Assembly: GCA_034780895.1 (NCBI GenBank)
Contig: JAUZTB010000107.1
Coordinates: 86,425,995 to 86,489,994, forward strand
Direction: 5' to 3'
Length of the DNA stretch: 64,000 nucleotides
Source of the DNA: Rhynchobatus australiae
Lineage: Eukaryota
The translations under genes were made by a program, and so were the position numbers. How positions within the stretch are numbered: position 1 is the first letter of the stretch; every line of letters begins with the position of its first letter. The notes under the pieces were generated by a model, which saw nothing but the letters and a program-made list of their open reading frames with translations, had not been told where the DNA came from and made no database searches. Positions 26,301-40,640 of this stretch are shown here, one piece after another.

Positions 26301-26950
26301 CTTTCACCCCGAAGGTAAAGAATTGACATTTGGGCTCTGGGCAAACCACAAATTTGAGATTGGGACATCAACAAGTCTTTCATCCTAATGCAGTACAATC
26401 CTAATGCAACACACATTGGCAAACTGGCTGGCTCCATCCAAACCCATTGCCTGTGCCAGACTGCAGATCACAAATGCAAGGACTGCACTGCTTCTTTCAA
26501 AACCCACATGGGCAGTATTTAAAGTACCTATTTCATTTTAAATAAACACATTAAGTAATTTGCATTTTTAATTAAGTATGCTGAAGACAATGAGTACCCT
26601 AAAAGCACTATTGCTGGTAAACATCAATGTTTCTTTGAAATGCTTTTCCAAGTTTGAAGGGCTTCAAAGTTCTGCCGTCAAAATAAAATTGATATTGTAA
26701 ATTATATTTTGTCAGGAAATACAGTGCATTAGAGCAAGAACTTTCACATCAATTCCAGCATCAACTACACTAGAGTATAACAGCAGCTGATTTAGAAGCA
26801 CGAAAGGCAGTTAATTTTCAGTAGAAACATCTCACTGAATATTTACCCAATTTACCTATAGTTTAAGTTTGAGAATAATGAGAAGAATTCAATATTGGCA
26901 AAAAATTGAAATAACCAACCCAAGAGAATGGCAGTTTAGCAAAGACCTAC

Positions 26951-27066
26951 CTGTTTACGTTCTCTTTTTGGAGGCATTTGTGGCTGTGTTGGATTTATCA
27001 TAACAGTGGCAGGTGCCACTGGCGCAGAATATGGTTGCACTCCCTGTGTTGCTGGATAATAGGTTC
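26951..27066 (-). CDS. EIF4G1: eIF4G1 coding exon 5: (G)TYYPATQGVQPYSAPVAPATVMINPTQPQMPPKRERKQ
   Basis: 116 nt, phase 1/0. Acceptor tgtctcttcag|, donor CAG|GTAGGT. Confidence 0.94.
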
Positions 27067-27789
27067 CTGAAGAGACAAAGTTTCAACAATTTTAATAGCC
27101 CATCCTTTAACGGTCAACATCTGATGTTTCCTTTTTTAGAAAAAAAATCTACTTTAGGATTATCATTCATAATGTAAAGTTTGTAGGAAACCAAATGAAT
27201 GCTAAAAACTTAAATAGATAAAAATTATTGGCTCCTCTGACCTAAGAAATTACAAAAAGACCAAAATGAAAAACATTGGTCACCAACTACCTAGAATCCA
27301 AAACTCGAGTATATACATTAGAATACATATTGAAGGTTCGGGGTATAATAGCAAAGAAAAAATGCAGTCTCAACTTCCCTCTTCTCAACAATCTAACATC
27401 CAGATTACAAATGCCTTCCTTCAAATGCTTATTGGCTGGAAGACATTCATAGCAGCAATCTGGAGAAATACTTAGGAGTCACAATACAAACAATTATTTT
27501 TCAAACATAGGAGCTAAACCTGGATGGATGGACAAGTCTTCCCTTTGAAATTTACATTAATTGCTTTAGAGTTTTGGACAAATTTTCATTGCTTCATTAA
27601 CCCACTTTTAGTTTTCATAGTTGAATGCTAAATTCTGGCTGCATCATGAGCGCACACTAATGTAAGCACAAAAACTAGAGTACTTCCTTTTCCAATTTTC
27701 TTACCGCACTGTGGCATCTTTGATTTCTTGCTAGTTTACTGCTTCATAGATGGGCAACAATCTCCAGTAGTTTAACCATTATATGCAGG

Positions 27790-28215
27790 TCATGCTTACA
27801 CTGGGAGAGGCTATAGAGATTTAGCAGAACACTGCCTGGAATGGAATGTTTCAATTATAAGGGAGAGACTAGATAAGCTAAATTTTTCCTTGAAAAGGAG
27901 GCTGCCAAGGAGAACCTAAGAGCAGATATACAAAATTATGGGAAGCATAGATAGGTGGATAGTAAGAATCTCTTCCCCATAGCAGAGGAATATAAAATGA
28001 GTAACAGGGTTAGAAGGGATCAGAGGAAATATGTTTTCACCCATTCTGGAACACACTCAGCAGGGTGGAGGAGGAGGCAGGTACTCTCAGAACATTTGAG
28101 GAGCACCTGAATTTCCAACCCATTGAAGGCTACAGACCAAATGCTGGTAAATGTGTTTAGTTTGGTCAGCATGAACATGGTGGGCCAAAGACCTATTTAT
28201 GCTGTAGTACTATGA
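27790..28215 (+). mobile_element. Degraded CR1-type LINE 3' end
   Basis: Similar to 21682-22063 (tacaaaattatg...atagataggtggat; tgggccaaag...tgctgta). Confidence 0.7.
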
Positions 28216-28949
28216 CACTTCATCTAAAAATCATAATTCATATACAAAAACTCCGAAAATCCAATAAACACCATCAACAGAACATCATTCTATACTACAA
28301 GTGCATTACAACAACTTTCAGTATTACAAGTCCTTGACAATTTATATTACAAAAATTCTCAGCATACACTGGAGTAGGAACTTGGACCTTACTGACCTAT
28401 AAGCCACAGATACTCAATTAATATAACCAAACTTGCACTACCCTTTTCAACTTTGATTTTGCTTTTAATATCTCATGAACTGCCTTTAATACACAAAGTC
28501 TTTAACAAACATATTGGAGTGTATCAGCCTCCACTTTTCAACGTGTACGTGTTCTACTACTACATCCATTTTCGAAGGCCACTCCACACAAGATATTGGA
28601 GCAGATAACCAAAACGATCTTATGTAACCTTAAAACAAGACTTAGAATTCCAGAGTTTAGCATCTTAAGTCATTGAAGGCAAAGACACTAATGGTGTGGC
28701 ATAGTAAAACTGGGCATAAACTGCACAAAAGCACATCTTATCCATGCTCTTACACGAGCACAAGGATTTCAAAAACTGAAAACTGCAAAATCTAAAGAAA
28801 ATTGCAGTTCAAAACAAATTATTCCCAACTTGTGGATACACAAATATCTGATGATGCATCACATGTGAGATCTCAATCTAGAAGTACCCCATCTCAGAAG
28901 GAAGTTCAAAGAAAATAGAGTAAAAGTCAGATTTAAAGACCCTCACATC

Positions 28950-29009
28950 ATTCACTGATTTACCACAATAGTTAGGAAGCCAATTAACTATTGTGGCAAA
29001 TCAGTGAAT
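28950..29009. repeat. 25-bp inverted repeat with a 10-nt loop
   Basis: attcactgatttaccacaatagtta - ggaagccaat - taactattgtggcaaatcagtgaat; one mismatch. Confidence 0.9.
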
Positions 29010-32000
29010 TGTATTTGGCATGCATCTTCTAAAAATATTAATACTAAATCTGAAAACTAATTTTGGTTTCAACTTTGTATGCAGAGACNNNNNNNNNCCA
29101 TGTACATTTTAACCATTATGAATAACTTTGAAGCAAAAAAACTTCAAATTCTACAGTAAATCCAATCACCAAAAACAGTCTACCAATGACTTACACTGGT
29201 CCAGCAAATTTTCAGCTAGGAAATCCATCAGGACCATCAACTACCTTTAAAAATAAATGCAAAAGGAACTTACTGGCACTTGCAAACTACCTCAACAAAC
29301 TGTGAAAGCAAACATTTGAAAAATGAAATGGGCTGTTCCTCTTTCTAATATTTCATGTTGAAATGTTTACATGTCCATTTGACTACATGGAAAGCACTTG
29401 ACCAAAAATTTAAACATCACAAGTGAAAAACTTCAACCACTGATCAAACTGCCATACAGAAAATGTGCAAGTGAATTTATTTTCCCTTCCATTTAACTTG
29501 TTGTTTTTAAAACTGCAGTGGTCATTGAAACATGAAATAAAGATCTTGCACTCAGATAACTGCATTATTGACTTTAAAAGGAGCTCAGACTATATTTAGA
29601 TTCCAACATCAAGAACAGCCACAAAAAAAAACACAAGATCCCAACGCCAGACTACCGAATTTAGCATTAACACTGTTGAAAATGTTTACACCCTTAAAAT
29701 TAGCTGAGGCTAGAGCACTTAGTTTTCCAACTTCAAATGTGGAAGTGTACAGTATAAAGTCTAAACCACTTCAAATGGTCCTCGTTAAAGATTAACTGCT
29801 GATTCCAGCAAAGCACAATACATGCAGAAGTGTACTAACAGTGGAAAAAATATGGTCAGCATTGTAAACATAATGCAAACTATTCTGCTCAATCCAACTT
29901 TAAAAGCAATAGTAAGCACTTCCAAATTCACTGACAAACGCATAGCAAATTGACAAATTGTCCATGTATGGTCACATTTCATAATGTAATTGATAAAACC
30001 TCCCATTGCATCGTAAAAGGCTGCTCAAAAGAGTGTTTTTTTTAAAAAAACATGTTTACTAATCGTTTCTTTGTAATCAAGATAAAAAAGCACTTATCTT
30101 CAGAACTTCTAAGATACCACACAAAGTATTTGAGTTTATTTTGGTGGTGTGAAGGGGGTTCAAAGAGAAGAATGGGAAGAAGCAAACTTTAAAGCATTTA
30201 TAAAATATTGGTTAGAGAACAGAAAATAATAGGTATAAACAAATAGAGGTTGACAGCATCATTCGGATCAACACTGCACTTCCAGCTATTCACAATTCTG
30301 TCCTGAAAAAAATACAATGCACTGACTTTAAATTCAACAATGATACATGCCAAGAGTGCTGAGTCATGTGTACTGAAGTAAATAAGAATGTAAAGCAAGC
30401 AATACTGCAGCAGGTATGGAGTACATAGTCTTGCTAAAATTGTAGAGAGCTTTGGCAAAACCTTATCTGCAGCACTAAACTGGTTTAAAAGTAATCAAGG
30501 CAGTGAGATAATTCCTGGAAGAAAGGAATATCCTTTGAAGAGAGATGGAGCAGGGATTTATCTAAACTCAATACAGTTGGAAGAATTAGGGACTACTACT
30601 TTTGAAAGAGGCTTTCATGGGATTATTGCCATTTAAGGGTTTACCCTTTAGGAAAGGAACATACGGTAATTTCTTTGTGCGGAGGGTGTGAGATCTTTGG
30701 AACTCTCTATTGTAGGACTACACTGAAGACATAGGATTATGTTTTTTTGGAACACTAAGAGAAACGGAAGATAATTCACAGAACAAAAATGAACTTGAGA
30801 CAGAATGAGCCTTGACCTTACTGAATGGCAGAGCAGACTCAAGGGACGTTATGGCTGGCTCTGGCTATCATTTGTTTTCAATCATTTTGACAACCACTTC
30901 TAGTCATAGGCTTTTAGGGTGCTGCTTTATAATGTTAATTGCCTTTTTACAAAAAAAATTCAGTTGAACAATACCAGTATCATTTGCAAAAGCCTTTAGA
31001 AACAAAGGATCTGAAAATAAGGCATCTTTGGTTTTGCAGTTTCCCCTCAGAATAACAAAGCAATCCAAGTTGAATCTTCACTTCAAAAAGGAGAATAAAA
31101 TGAGTGGCTGGTCTATGAATATTCAAACACATCAATAAACCCTTTCATTTACTTTGCTCTCTTTACTCTGAAGAGATACTCTCATATTGGGCCATGGTAC
31201 TACAAGCATAAATGTTCAAGTTAGCATTCTCTTAAATGGATATACTTGCTGCATGAGCAGAGGGCTACTTGATTTTGTACAGGTCACAACTCAACCCAGT
31301 ACATTGACTCAAACATTCCTCTTCAAGTACTGCTAGGTAGCAACCAGTAACAAGTTAGCTTTTCCCTTATACAAGTGATACAAATGCTACAGCCATTGTA
31401 ATTGAGATATTCAGAACAGTCATCAGACCGGATTTCTTAAACACGATTCAAACTAACCAACTAATGATCTCATTCAAGATTTTTCAAATAACTAAGTTAA
31501 AATATCCAATGAGTAAAAGCTCCTGCTAACAGCATTAGGAAATGCCAACTTCTTAATATATATGGCACTGGAGAACTTGAATCTATCTACTCATTTTCAG
31601 TAAGGTAGACATTTAGACAACAACCACTTGTTTTGGATGCATGAATCAGAGGCAATTACCAAGAGAATTTTTAAAAAGCCAGAAAAACATTTCCTTCCTC
31701 TTGATGCTAATACAAACTGGATCAAAGCCAATTGTTACTAATAATCAATAAATCTAAAATCCAATCAACTTTATTCAGGATTTCTGCAAACATTAGAGAA
31801 ATGCCCAAAGCACTGAATTTGCTGTAATTTACAAAAACTCACTGGTTTCAAACTTCTGCAATACCAATTGATACCAAACAAGTTTTAAAAATAAAAAAAG
31901 CCAGGGGCTAAAATATTTGCTGCCATCAACATTCACTGGTAAATTTGAAATCTCAGTTCTTGATGCAACTATCAGCTAAAATTCCTGTCGTCTGAAGATG

Positions 32001-32819
32001 GGGGTGTTTTCCAATACCTAAATTCAGATACAGTGTACTAATATCATTGGGGAACATTACATTGCATTGAGTGTCAGATGTGACTGCCCCTACCACCTTT
32101 TCATCTTACACTAATATTGATCCACCCAATGGAAGGAGCAAGAGTGACTCAGATCCCTTCGATTTTTCAGCCCCTTTACACTTATGGACCTTCTTACAGA
32201 CAAGTAATCCACTAATTCAGCAACTATCCCATCCTATGCCATCATTTTTACAGTTCACTAGTTGTTGCCTGCAGAGTTTTCTATTTCTTATCAATTGTTT
32301 GAGAAATTGAGCAGACTATGAATTCACGAGTGAATTAACAACATTGTCTTCAATGAATGAAGCTTTATTGTAATGCTCAATTCTAAATTCTGAGTTTCTC
32401 AACTATGTCTGCTTTTGGACTTTGTCAGACTCCAAGTCTACTTGGTCATTCTCTGATTGCATTCAAGAAAGAAGTATTCGAGGCAAATATTTTCTGCTAC
32501 GATGCCTTTTGTGTACTTTTTGCTGTCAAGGGTCAAAAAGCTGAATCATCCTGTCACTTCAGTAAGCAGGATTCCACATTCATGGATAAATTAGAAGTCT
32601 TGTCACGTTCAAAGCCTGATTTGATATGGAAAGCTAAGAATTTATGTGGGTGGAATTTTCATTTTGAATGATTTCTCCAATGTATTCATTTTCTTGCTGC
32701 AGTGCTTTGTGTAACCTTGTGGGTGAGGATCTGAACCCAGTCACACAACAAAAGCTGCACTACATCATGACTATTTATTCCTAGAACATCTCCAACTGTT
32801 TTGGGAAGTCTCTACTGAC

Positions 32820-33114
32820 AAGTGTTGCTCTTTGGTATTGAGGATGACTTTCTTCCTCACTGGTTCTGAGGTGGCTATTGAGCTAATGTGGGAACCACAG
32901 GTGGAACAGAAGATGGCTGGGTGGATGGGATGGTGCTGCATACTCAAGGCTTCTGTCTGCTCCCAGTGCATGGCCTCGAGGTTCTCAATACCATGTCAAA
33001 TGCTCCTTCTCCACTTTGAGTGGTTGTGGGCCAAATGTTCCCAGGAGTCATCAGATATATTGTTTCATCCAAGAGGTTTCAAGCATATCCTGAATCTTTT
33101 CCTCTGTTTGTCTG
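32820..33114 (-). mobile_element. RTE-type LINE 3' remnant
   Basis: Minus-strand RQRKRF..LK, QGIENLE and a Cys/His remnant (CSTCGSHIS). Confidence 0.55.
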
Positions 33115-34839
33115 NNNNNNNNNNNNNNNNNNNNNNNNNNNNNNNNNNNNNNNNNNNNNNNNNNNNNNNNNNNNNNNNNNNNNNNNNNNNNNNNNNNNNN
33201 NNNNNNNNNNNNNNTTGATGCATGAAAATAACAATGAAAATCCATAATTCATAAATTATGGAGAAAGCAGGACTGACTATATTAGTGCAGTCTATGAAAA
33301 TACTTCAAGTTGGTCTGATGCATAAAAAAAACCCTTGCAGTGATAGCAAATCTACAACCTTGCAGAAACGAGGAGGAACTTACCATGTCATGAAATTGAA
33401 CATAAATCTGTGCTCTGCCATTCCATGGTGCAGGAGACTGAAACACCACTATTTTCCTTGGCCAACCAACAGTGTGGTTTTAAAAGCAATTTTCTATCAT
33501 GTGCAATTGTAGGCATTAGCCCAAAACAGCAATCCTAATCTTCATATCTAGTTTAATATATCTACCTTTGCAAAACAGTTGCACCATTATGACAAACCAC
33601 ATGACACTGAATGTTAACTGGCACTAAACCATGCGTTAGGTCTGGCATCTGAAAACAGCATTTCTGTTTTTACTGGGAACAAAAAGCACAACTAATTTTT
33701 TTGCATCAGTATTACAATCTCCCCAATGAAATCTGATCAGGTATAAATATGCCATTTGCTGGGCTCTAGCAGAATTCATTGATGTAATGCTATAATAAGA
33801 TTTGAAAATGAACCTCAACTACCCTCTCCCTGATAATTTTTAGATGGCTAGAAGCATGATTGAAATCTAAGTGTTAGTATATACTTCAAAGACATTTCAA
33901 AAAGCTGTTAGATAGACTAGAAAAATCCAGTAGAATGGTACAGATGGACCCATAAAATAACAATGGAGCCTTNNNNNNNNNNNNNNNNNNNNNNNNNNNN
34001 NNNNNNNNNNNNNNNNNNNNNNNNNNNNNNNNNNNNNNNNNNNNNNNNNNNNNNNNNNNNNNNNNNNNNNNNNNNNNNNNNNNNNNNNNNNNNNNNNNNN
34101 NNNNNNNNNNNNNNNNNNNNNNNNNNNNNNNNNNNNNNNNNNNNNNNNNNNNNNNNNNNNNNNNNNNNNNNNNNNNNNNNNNNNNNNNNNNNNNNNNNNN
34201 NNNNNNNNNNNNNNNNNNNNNNNNNNNNNNNNNNNNNNNNNNNNNNNNNNNNNNNNNNNNNNNNNNNNNNNNNNNNNNNNNNNNNNNNNNNNNNNNNNNN
34301 NNNNNNNNNNNNNNNNNNNNNNNNNNNNNNNNNNNNNNNNNNNNNNNNNNNNNNNNNNNNNNNNNNNNNNNNNNNNNNNNNNNNNNNNNNNNNNNNNNNN
34401 NNNNNNNNNNNNNNNNNNNNNNNNNNNNNNNNNNNNNNNNNNNNNNNNNNNNNNNNNNNNNNNNNNNNNNNNNNNNNNNNNNNNNNNNNNNNNNNNNNNN
34501 NNNNNNNNNNNNNNNNNNNNNNNNNNNNNNNNNNNNNNNNNNNNNNNNNNNNNNNNNNNNNNNNNNNNNNNNNNNNNNNNNNNNNNNNNNNNNNNNNNNN
34601 NNNNNNNNNNNNNNNNNNNNNNNNNNNNNNNNNNNNNNNNNNNNNNNNNNNNNNNNNNNNNNNNNNNNNNNNNNNNNNNNNGGATTAATGCCTGTTTCTG
34701 TGCTGCTTCTCTTTATGACGTGACTAATTGAATGATTAGGACTATAAGGTTTGAAACTAATGGGAGAGAGTTGATTGAAGGTTTCTGTTGAGGGAAAATT
34801 TAGAAAGTTCACAGAAAAGACAAGGCAATATTGAAATTT

Positions 34840-35500
34840 AAATATGGGACTGCAGGACAAAAAATCCCCAGGGTCTGATTACCTACATTTTAAGGGTTTG
34901 GAAATGATAGGTGCACCGGATGTCATCTTCCTAAATTTCAGAATGGTTCCTAGAGATGGGGCAATAGCAAATGTGACTCCAGTGGTTTAAGAAATAAGGA
35001 TCAAACAAAACAAGACACCATATACCAGTTAGAAAATACCAGTATAACATGGAAGTGATAGCAGGGAACTTGGAAAGCAAAGGATTAGGCAGAGTCAAAA
35101 TGGCTGCTTAACATTAGCTGTTTACTGACTTGGGTTGAGGGAATAAAGTATAACATAGTTTGCCAATTATGTAAACCCAAGTGGCAATGTGGACAGTCAG
35201 GAGGGTTCACAGGGGCACAGGTGGAAAAATGAGAGGTCATCCACTTTGAAAAGCAGTGAATATTTCAAATGGTGAGCAACTGAAAGATGAGTGTTCAGAG
35301 TAAACAAACCACATACTTAACATGCAGATACACAAACAACTGAAGACAAATATTGGTCTTTGTTAACAAGATGATGGATACAAGTGTAGATGTATTTTGC
35401 TCCAAGTATATTGTTCCCTGGTTATTTTGCATCTAGATTATGGTCCTCATATTAATGAAAGGATATACTTGCAACAGAGGGATTACAGAGGAGGATTGAG
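34840..35500 (+). mobile_element. Highly degraded CR1-type ORF2 remnant
   Basis: gacaaaaaatcccagggtctgat (DKSPGPD-like), atagcaaatgtgactcca (IANVTP). Confidence 0.6.
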
Positions 35501-35783
35501 TCAAATCATTGCAAATTTTATGGATTCAAGACCATTAGAAACAGTTGATGGACAAGCACATTTACAATGCAGGCAGTTTCAACTATGTTGGTTTGGGCTA
35601 AATTTGAATTCAGATTACAATGAAAAGGCACATGTTTTAATGCTAATATCAGCCAGCTCTCCTACAGGAATATTAATAGCATTTTGTTAATGGTGGTACA
35701 AAATTTTCTAATTCTTTTCTCAATTCAAACAATGTCTTGAACAGCCTACAAGTGAGACCACTAGACAGTTACAAATATCTTAC

Positions 35784-35877
35784 CATAAGGGTATTCCCCA
35801 GGATTTGGATTTGAATAAAATCCAGTTCCAGGTGGAACAGGATACTGCTGAGTTGGCTGTACGAATGAAGAACGAAA
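35784..35877 (-). CDS. EIF4G1: eIF4G1 coding exon 4: FRSSFVQPTQQYPVPPGTGFYSNPNPGEYPY
   Basis: 94 nt, phase 0/1. Acceptor ttttacag|, donor ATG|GTAAGA. Confidence 0.93.
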
Positions 35878-37264
35878 CTGTAAAACAAAACCAAAGTTAA
35901 CCTTAACATTNNNNNNNNNNNNNNNNNNNNNNNNNNNNNNNNNNNNNNNNNNNNNNNNNNNNNNNNNNNNNNNNNNNNNNNNNNNNNNNNNNNNNNNNNN
36001 NNNNNNNNNNNNNNNNNNNAAAACTGCATTATACCAAGCAAATCTCAACAGACTTTCAATCTCAATGAGAAACGAAGTAAAAACAATTACCACTTACTGT
36101 CTCAGTGACCACTTTAAAAAAAGGTAACAATTTAATGAAGCAACTATTTTTGAGAAGCTCACGCTAGATCAACCTGGTAAAACTTCAGCCCTTTGTACAC
36201 ATGAAATATAGGTTAAAAGAACAGCTGCTTGCATTCATTTGGAAGAAAGTTGCAGAATGCTTTGCTTTTTAACAAAAACATAGTCCTGCAGATCCAATTA
36301 GAACTTAAATTCTCCATTTACTCAACTTATCCTGACAAGGGTACAAATCTGCAAACTATGAGAAATTAGAATTGGGAACAAGTAGATACTCAAGAAATAC
36401 AAAGTGTGCAGCAACACAGAAAAATATCAGAAATCAATCTAACATTGTTAAACAGTTTTGAAGATAACTTGGAGCCTCTGAGAAAAGATTGCTGGTGGAA
36501 AATGCTACAAGTATGGAAAATTGAATTACAGGCCTCGAGGAAAGAGAAGGACAACTATCCTGATTTGGTCCGAGTAACTTTGGGCCATTTCCATATCAAC
36601 AATATATTAGGATTCCCTCTTAAAGAATATCAGAACTATGGAAAAAATATAACGTAGATTCAATGAGTTGACAAAGGACACCATAGCTTGATTCAATGGA
36701 ACACATGGTTAAGGGATTTATGCAAGATACATTTGTAATTATGGATTAGTTTGAGAATAAACAATGAAAAAAAAACACTTGAATCATGAAAAGGAAATAA
36801 AGTGCAGAAATAGTCCAAGGGCAAATTTAGGCAGAATTAGGCATAGAAGGATCCACAAGGAAACTGCTTTATTGTATTACTTCAGAATTCAGGAGCCTGA
36901 CAAAATTAAAAATTATGAAATAAGCAATTGTGGCAATTTCATGCAGTTCAGGCTACTCATTAATGGGATTAGCAAGGACNNNNNNNNNNAGGACTTGTCT
37001 GGGTAAAACTAGCAGCTTACCCAATAATAAAATGTCTTTCATTTGTACATTTACCTCAAAATTGAACACTGGATTGATGGATAAATGCATTCTTAATGGA
37101 AATTTACAATAAAATTTTATTTTCTTAACAGGACAGGGTTTCAACTATGATTGTAAGCATTATTTTTGCTACAACTATTAATTAGATGACAGTCAAAGTA
37201 AAGTTTCTGAAAACTGTCTGTATCCCAAAAGATTAAAATATGCCAATTTAGAGAATGTTCTTGC

Positions 37265-37447
37265 CTGGCTTGGAACATAATAAGGTCCTTGTGACTGATA
37301 TGCAGGTATCTGTTGTGTTGTCATCATCATAATAGTCTGTGAGCCAGGTTGGTAGACATGGGTAGCGGAGGCCACAGGTCGAGTCGCTGTACTACTCTGA
37401 ACCCTGGAAGCACTATTCTGTTGCTGGCCTCTGTTTGCGTAGAATTG
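37265..37447 (-). CDS. EIF4G1: eIF4G1 coding exon 3: QFYANRGQQQNSASRVQSS...HVYQPGSQTIMMMTTQQIPAYQSQGPYYVPSQ
   Basis: 183 nt, phase 0/0. Acceptor ttttctgtag|, non-canonical donor CAG|GCAAGA. Confidence 0.92.
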
Positions 37448-38429
37448 CTACAGAAAATAAACCACAGTATTAGCAAGCAGCATGCATATTAGAACCAACA
37501 GTAGAATTGTTTAGTTCCATTCAGGTGTATAGGCATCTGTTCTGTAAATCTATGAGGTAAAACAATACATTTTACACCAATGATTTATATTGCCTATAAT
37601 GCAGGTCTTATTCTGAAGATAAATTACGTAAAAAAGCTCCAGACTTTATGCCAACTTCTGTAACTTCCAATAAAATATAATGGGCCTAGAATTTCTGCTT
37701 TTGAATATAACAAAAACTCTACTAAATTTGAACTTTTCTGTTGTTCAAGCTTCTGCCCCAGCTCATTGCTACATAAAGATCTTCCAACTATCAGAAATTG
37801 GACTGTATTTTACTCTTTTAAAGTTTGCATTAACATATTGTAACATGCTTTAAGTGTGGAAACTTGGAAAAGTTTCTTAAAATCAGTTTAATTACAGTAA
37901 AAGAGACACTTTTAATGAATGCCTGACCTATATCCAGCAACAAACCCAAATGTTATATATGTGTACGTGATTAAAAACTAGAACTTCTAGACAAATTAAA
38001 TTTTAAAAGCTTTTGGTACATTTAGATGATTATCACAAAAATTATAAACTTGACCTGTGGATGCAACTTATTTGCTGGGTAAACCTATTACTTAGATTCT
38101 TCTTGAATCAGTTCGAGAAAACAGATGCTCAAATCTACATATAAAAAGTGTAATTAATACTCTGACTTTCTTTTTTGCACTGTTTCCCTGATATTAGATG
38201 AACTTCTCTGAAACAGCAGATACATCTTAGCAGAAATTCTAGCCTAATTTAAAGGCAACAAGTGGACAGGGTATCATTATGCACTCAGGAATAACATTAT
38301 TTCACATATATTACAGAGTGCAATCGGAAGGAAAAGAGTACATTTAGCAGTTAATGCTCAACAAACAAATTTAAAGAAAAAGTTAAAATTAAATGGTACT
38401 TTATTTGAATACATCAAACAATTGTAGCA

Positions 38430-40640
38430 AGTGGGGTGGGTGAATAAATTCAAAATAAATCAGTTTAATCTTAAAAGCCAACCCTAATGCAGTTCAGAGA
38501 CCTGGCTACATACAGTGAAGGATGGGAATTAAATATTCTGAATACTTTATACTTCAAAGTGTTAGAAAAATGGTGCAAAGTAGTCTCAACAATTAAAGAT
38601 AACAGTTAGATAGTGAAGAAAGATCTTAACAGCAAGTAGAATCAACATGGGTAGACAAGAGAAACTAACCACTAGCTGTAGTGGCATTGTATACACCGAA
38701 CAGTTGCAATACTGTTAGAAAGCATTAGTCACTGTCTGATCAAATCAATCCTTCCACAGACCATCCAATCAAACTGGCAAAAGTAGCTTGAGAACAAGTT
38801 CATAGAAAGTACTGCAACAGCTTCCTGAAGCAATACATTATAGAAACAACTGGGAATCAGGTAATTTTGGCTCATCTTTTGCAGTGAGACAGGATTCCTT
38901 AGTAACCTTAATAAGGCTAACACATGCAGAAGGGTAATCATAAAATGAATTTAACATCATTCAAAATATGACTCAAACCCAATTTTTAAAAAAGAATGCA
39001 AATTCAATTACACGAGAGGAACAGACCTAACAAAGGCAATATTCATTTAAGAAATGTAAAAGAACAAGAACTTTTGCAAGCACTTAAAAAAAATAACAAG
39101 TATTTGAGAGTCCAGGGGCTCTGACAATATACATGGAAAATATGAGTTTGGATGTTACATATTTTGATCTGTCTTCACAGGATAACACAAATTTAGTCGA
39201 ATTAAGTGGAAAACCAAAAGGACCAATAAGGGATGGGAACTAAAAAAAAGTAAACATTAACAATGAAAAAGTATTGATGAAATGCAAGGTTGACAAATCA
39301 CCTGGACCTGATGGGATGCATTCTGAGAGGTTGTTCGAGAGATAGCAGAGAACATTGGTGAAAAGACTCTGCTGTTTCCTGGAGTCTGGAACAATTCCAA
39401 TGGATTGGAAAGTATCAAATGTAACAACATTATTTCAGAAGGGATAGGAAGTATAGAAAAGAATGCCTCTGGAAAAGTTCTGGAAGTCTATCAAGAACAC
39501 GACATGGAAAATGGAAATCCACAAGATAATGAGTAAGAAAGCCAATAATCAATTGTAGAAGCTACAGAGCTTCACTTTTTGAAAGAAAAACTGAATTTTA
39601 CCATTTTATTTTGCAATGGAGCTCTGCTTTGGTTACCAAAAGGCAACTAGGAAAAGGTGCAATATCTTTCAGTAGTAACAAAGGCAGAGGCAGGTGATGG
39701 GAGAGAGAGAGAGATGGGCATTAGTGAAAAGGATAAAAAGCTAGAGGAATAAATCAGAGTCTCAAGTTAGCAACCTCTTACCTCTGCTGCTTTATGATCA
39801 TGACCAAGATGAAAGGCCATCTGTAATAATATACATAGGGGGGCTATGGCAATGTTGCAGGTTCTGCAAAGGGGCAAGTGAGAAAGCAAGGAAGCACCAG
39901 ATAGTGCATATAATGGGGAGTGGCAATAAATAAATGGTGTCCTCTGGTATCTGGGTGTTTGAAAGGAAAACAATATGACAGCTTTTATTCCAAGAAGAGT
40001 GGAATAAAAGATTCAGAGAAATTGTGAGGCTACACACGAGTCCTTTCCTCCAAGAAAGGATATGTAGTGCAAAGTAGGCTCAATAAATGCCCAGCGAGAG
40101 GATTTTCCAATGGAGAAGGATTATGATTGGCCAATACTCTCAAGTTCAGAAAAAGAGGATCTCATTTAAGATTAAGGGGAGTTGACAGGATAACAATTCC
40201 TCTGGCATGCTCAGGAATTGTAGCAGACTAGCAAATTTTCTCAACTATCAGATGTCATTCTATTAATGGTTTTACAAACTGTCTTTTTTTTAAAAATAAT
40301 GTTAAACAGTAGAATGAATTTTCCAGTGAACCTCGCAAGATGCCAAATCAGAGATTTCTAAATAATCAAATAGTAGATCCGATTTTTACTCCTCCTAAAT
40401 GGAAAGATTATAACAAGCCAAGGATAATATTTAGGTTTGAGATGAGGAGTTCCCTCACTCTTGTGGAATCATACTCCTGTAGGTTGGATAATTCTGAAAA
40501 GTGCTCAGTTGATGTACATTCAAAATTTAGGCTGATAATTCAGTTTGCATTAAAAAAACTGAAGAATGTGGGAATCAGACAAGAAACTGGACTTAGTTAT
40601 GGGATAGTCATTATTGTGTAGCAGTTCTGGGACCAGATGG
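38430..40640 (+). mobile_element. Highly degraded long CR1-type remnant (endonuclease to 3' end)
   Basis: cagagacctggcta (ETWL), gacaaatcacctggacctgatggg (DKSPGPDG), gattggaaagtatcaaatgtaacaacattattt (DWKVSNVTTLF). Confidence 0.65.
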
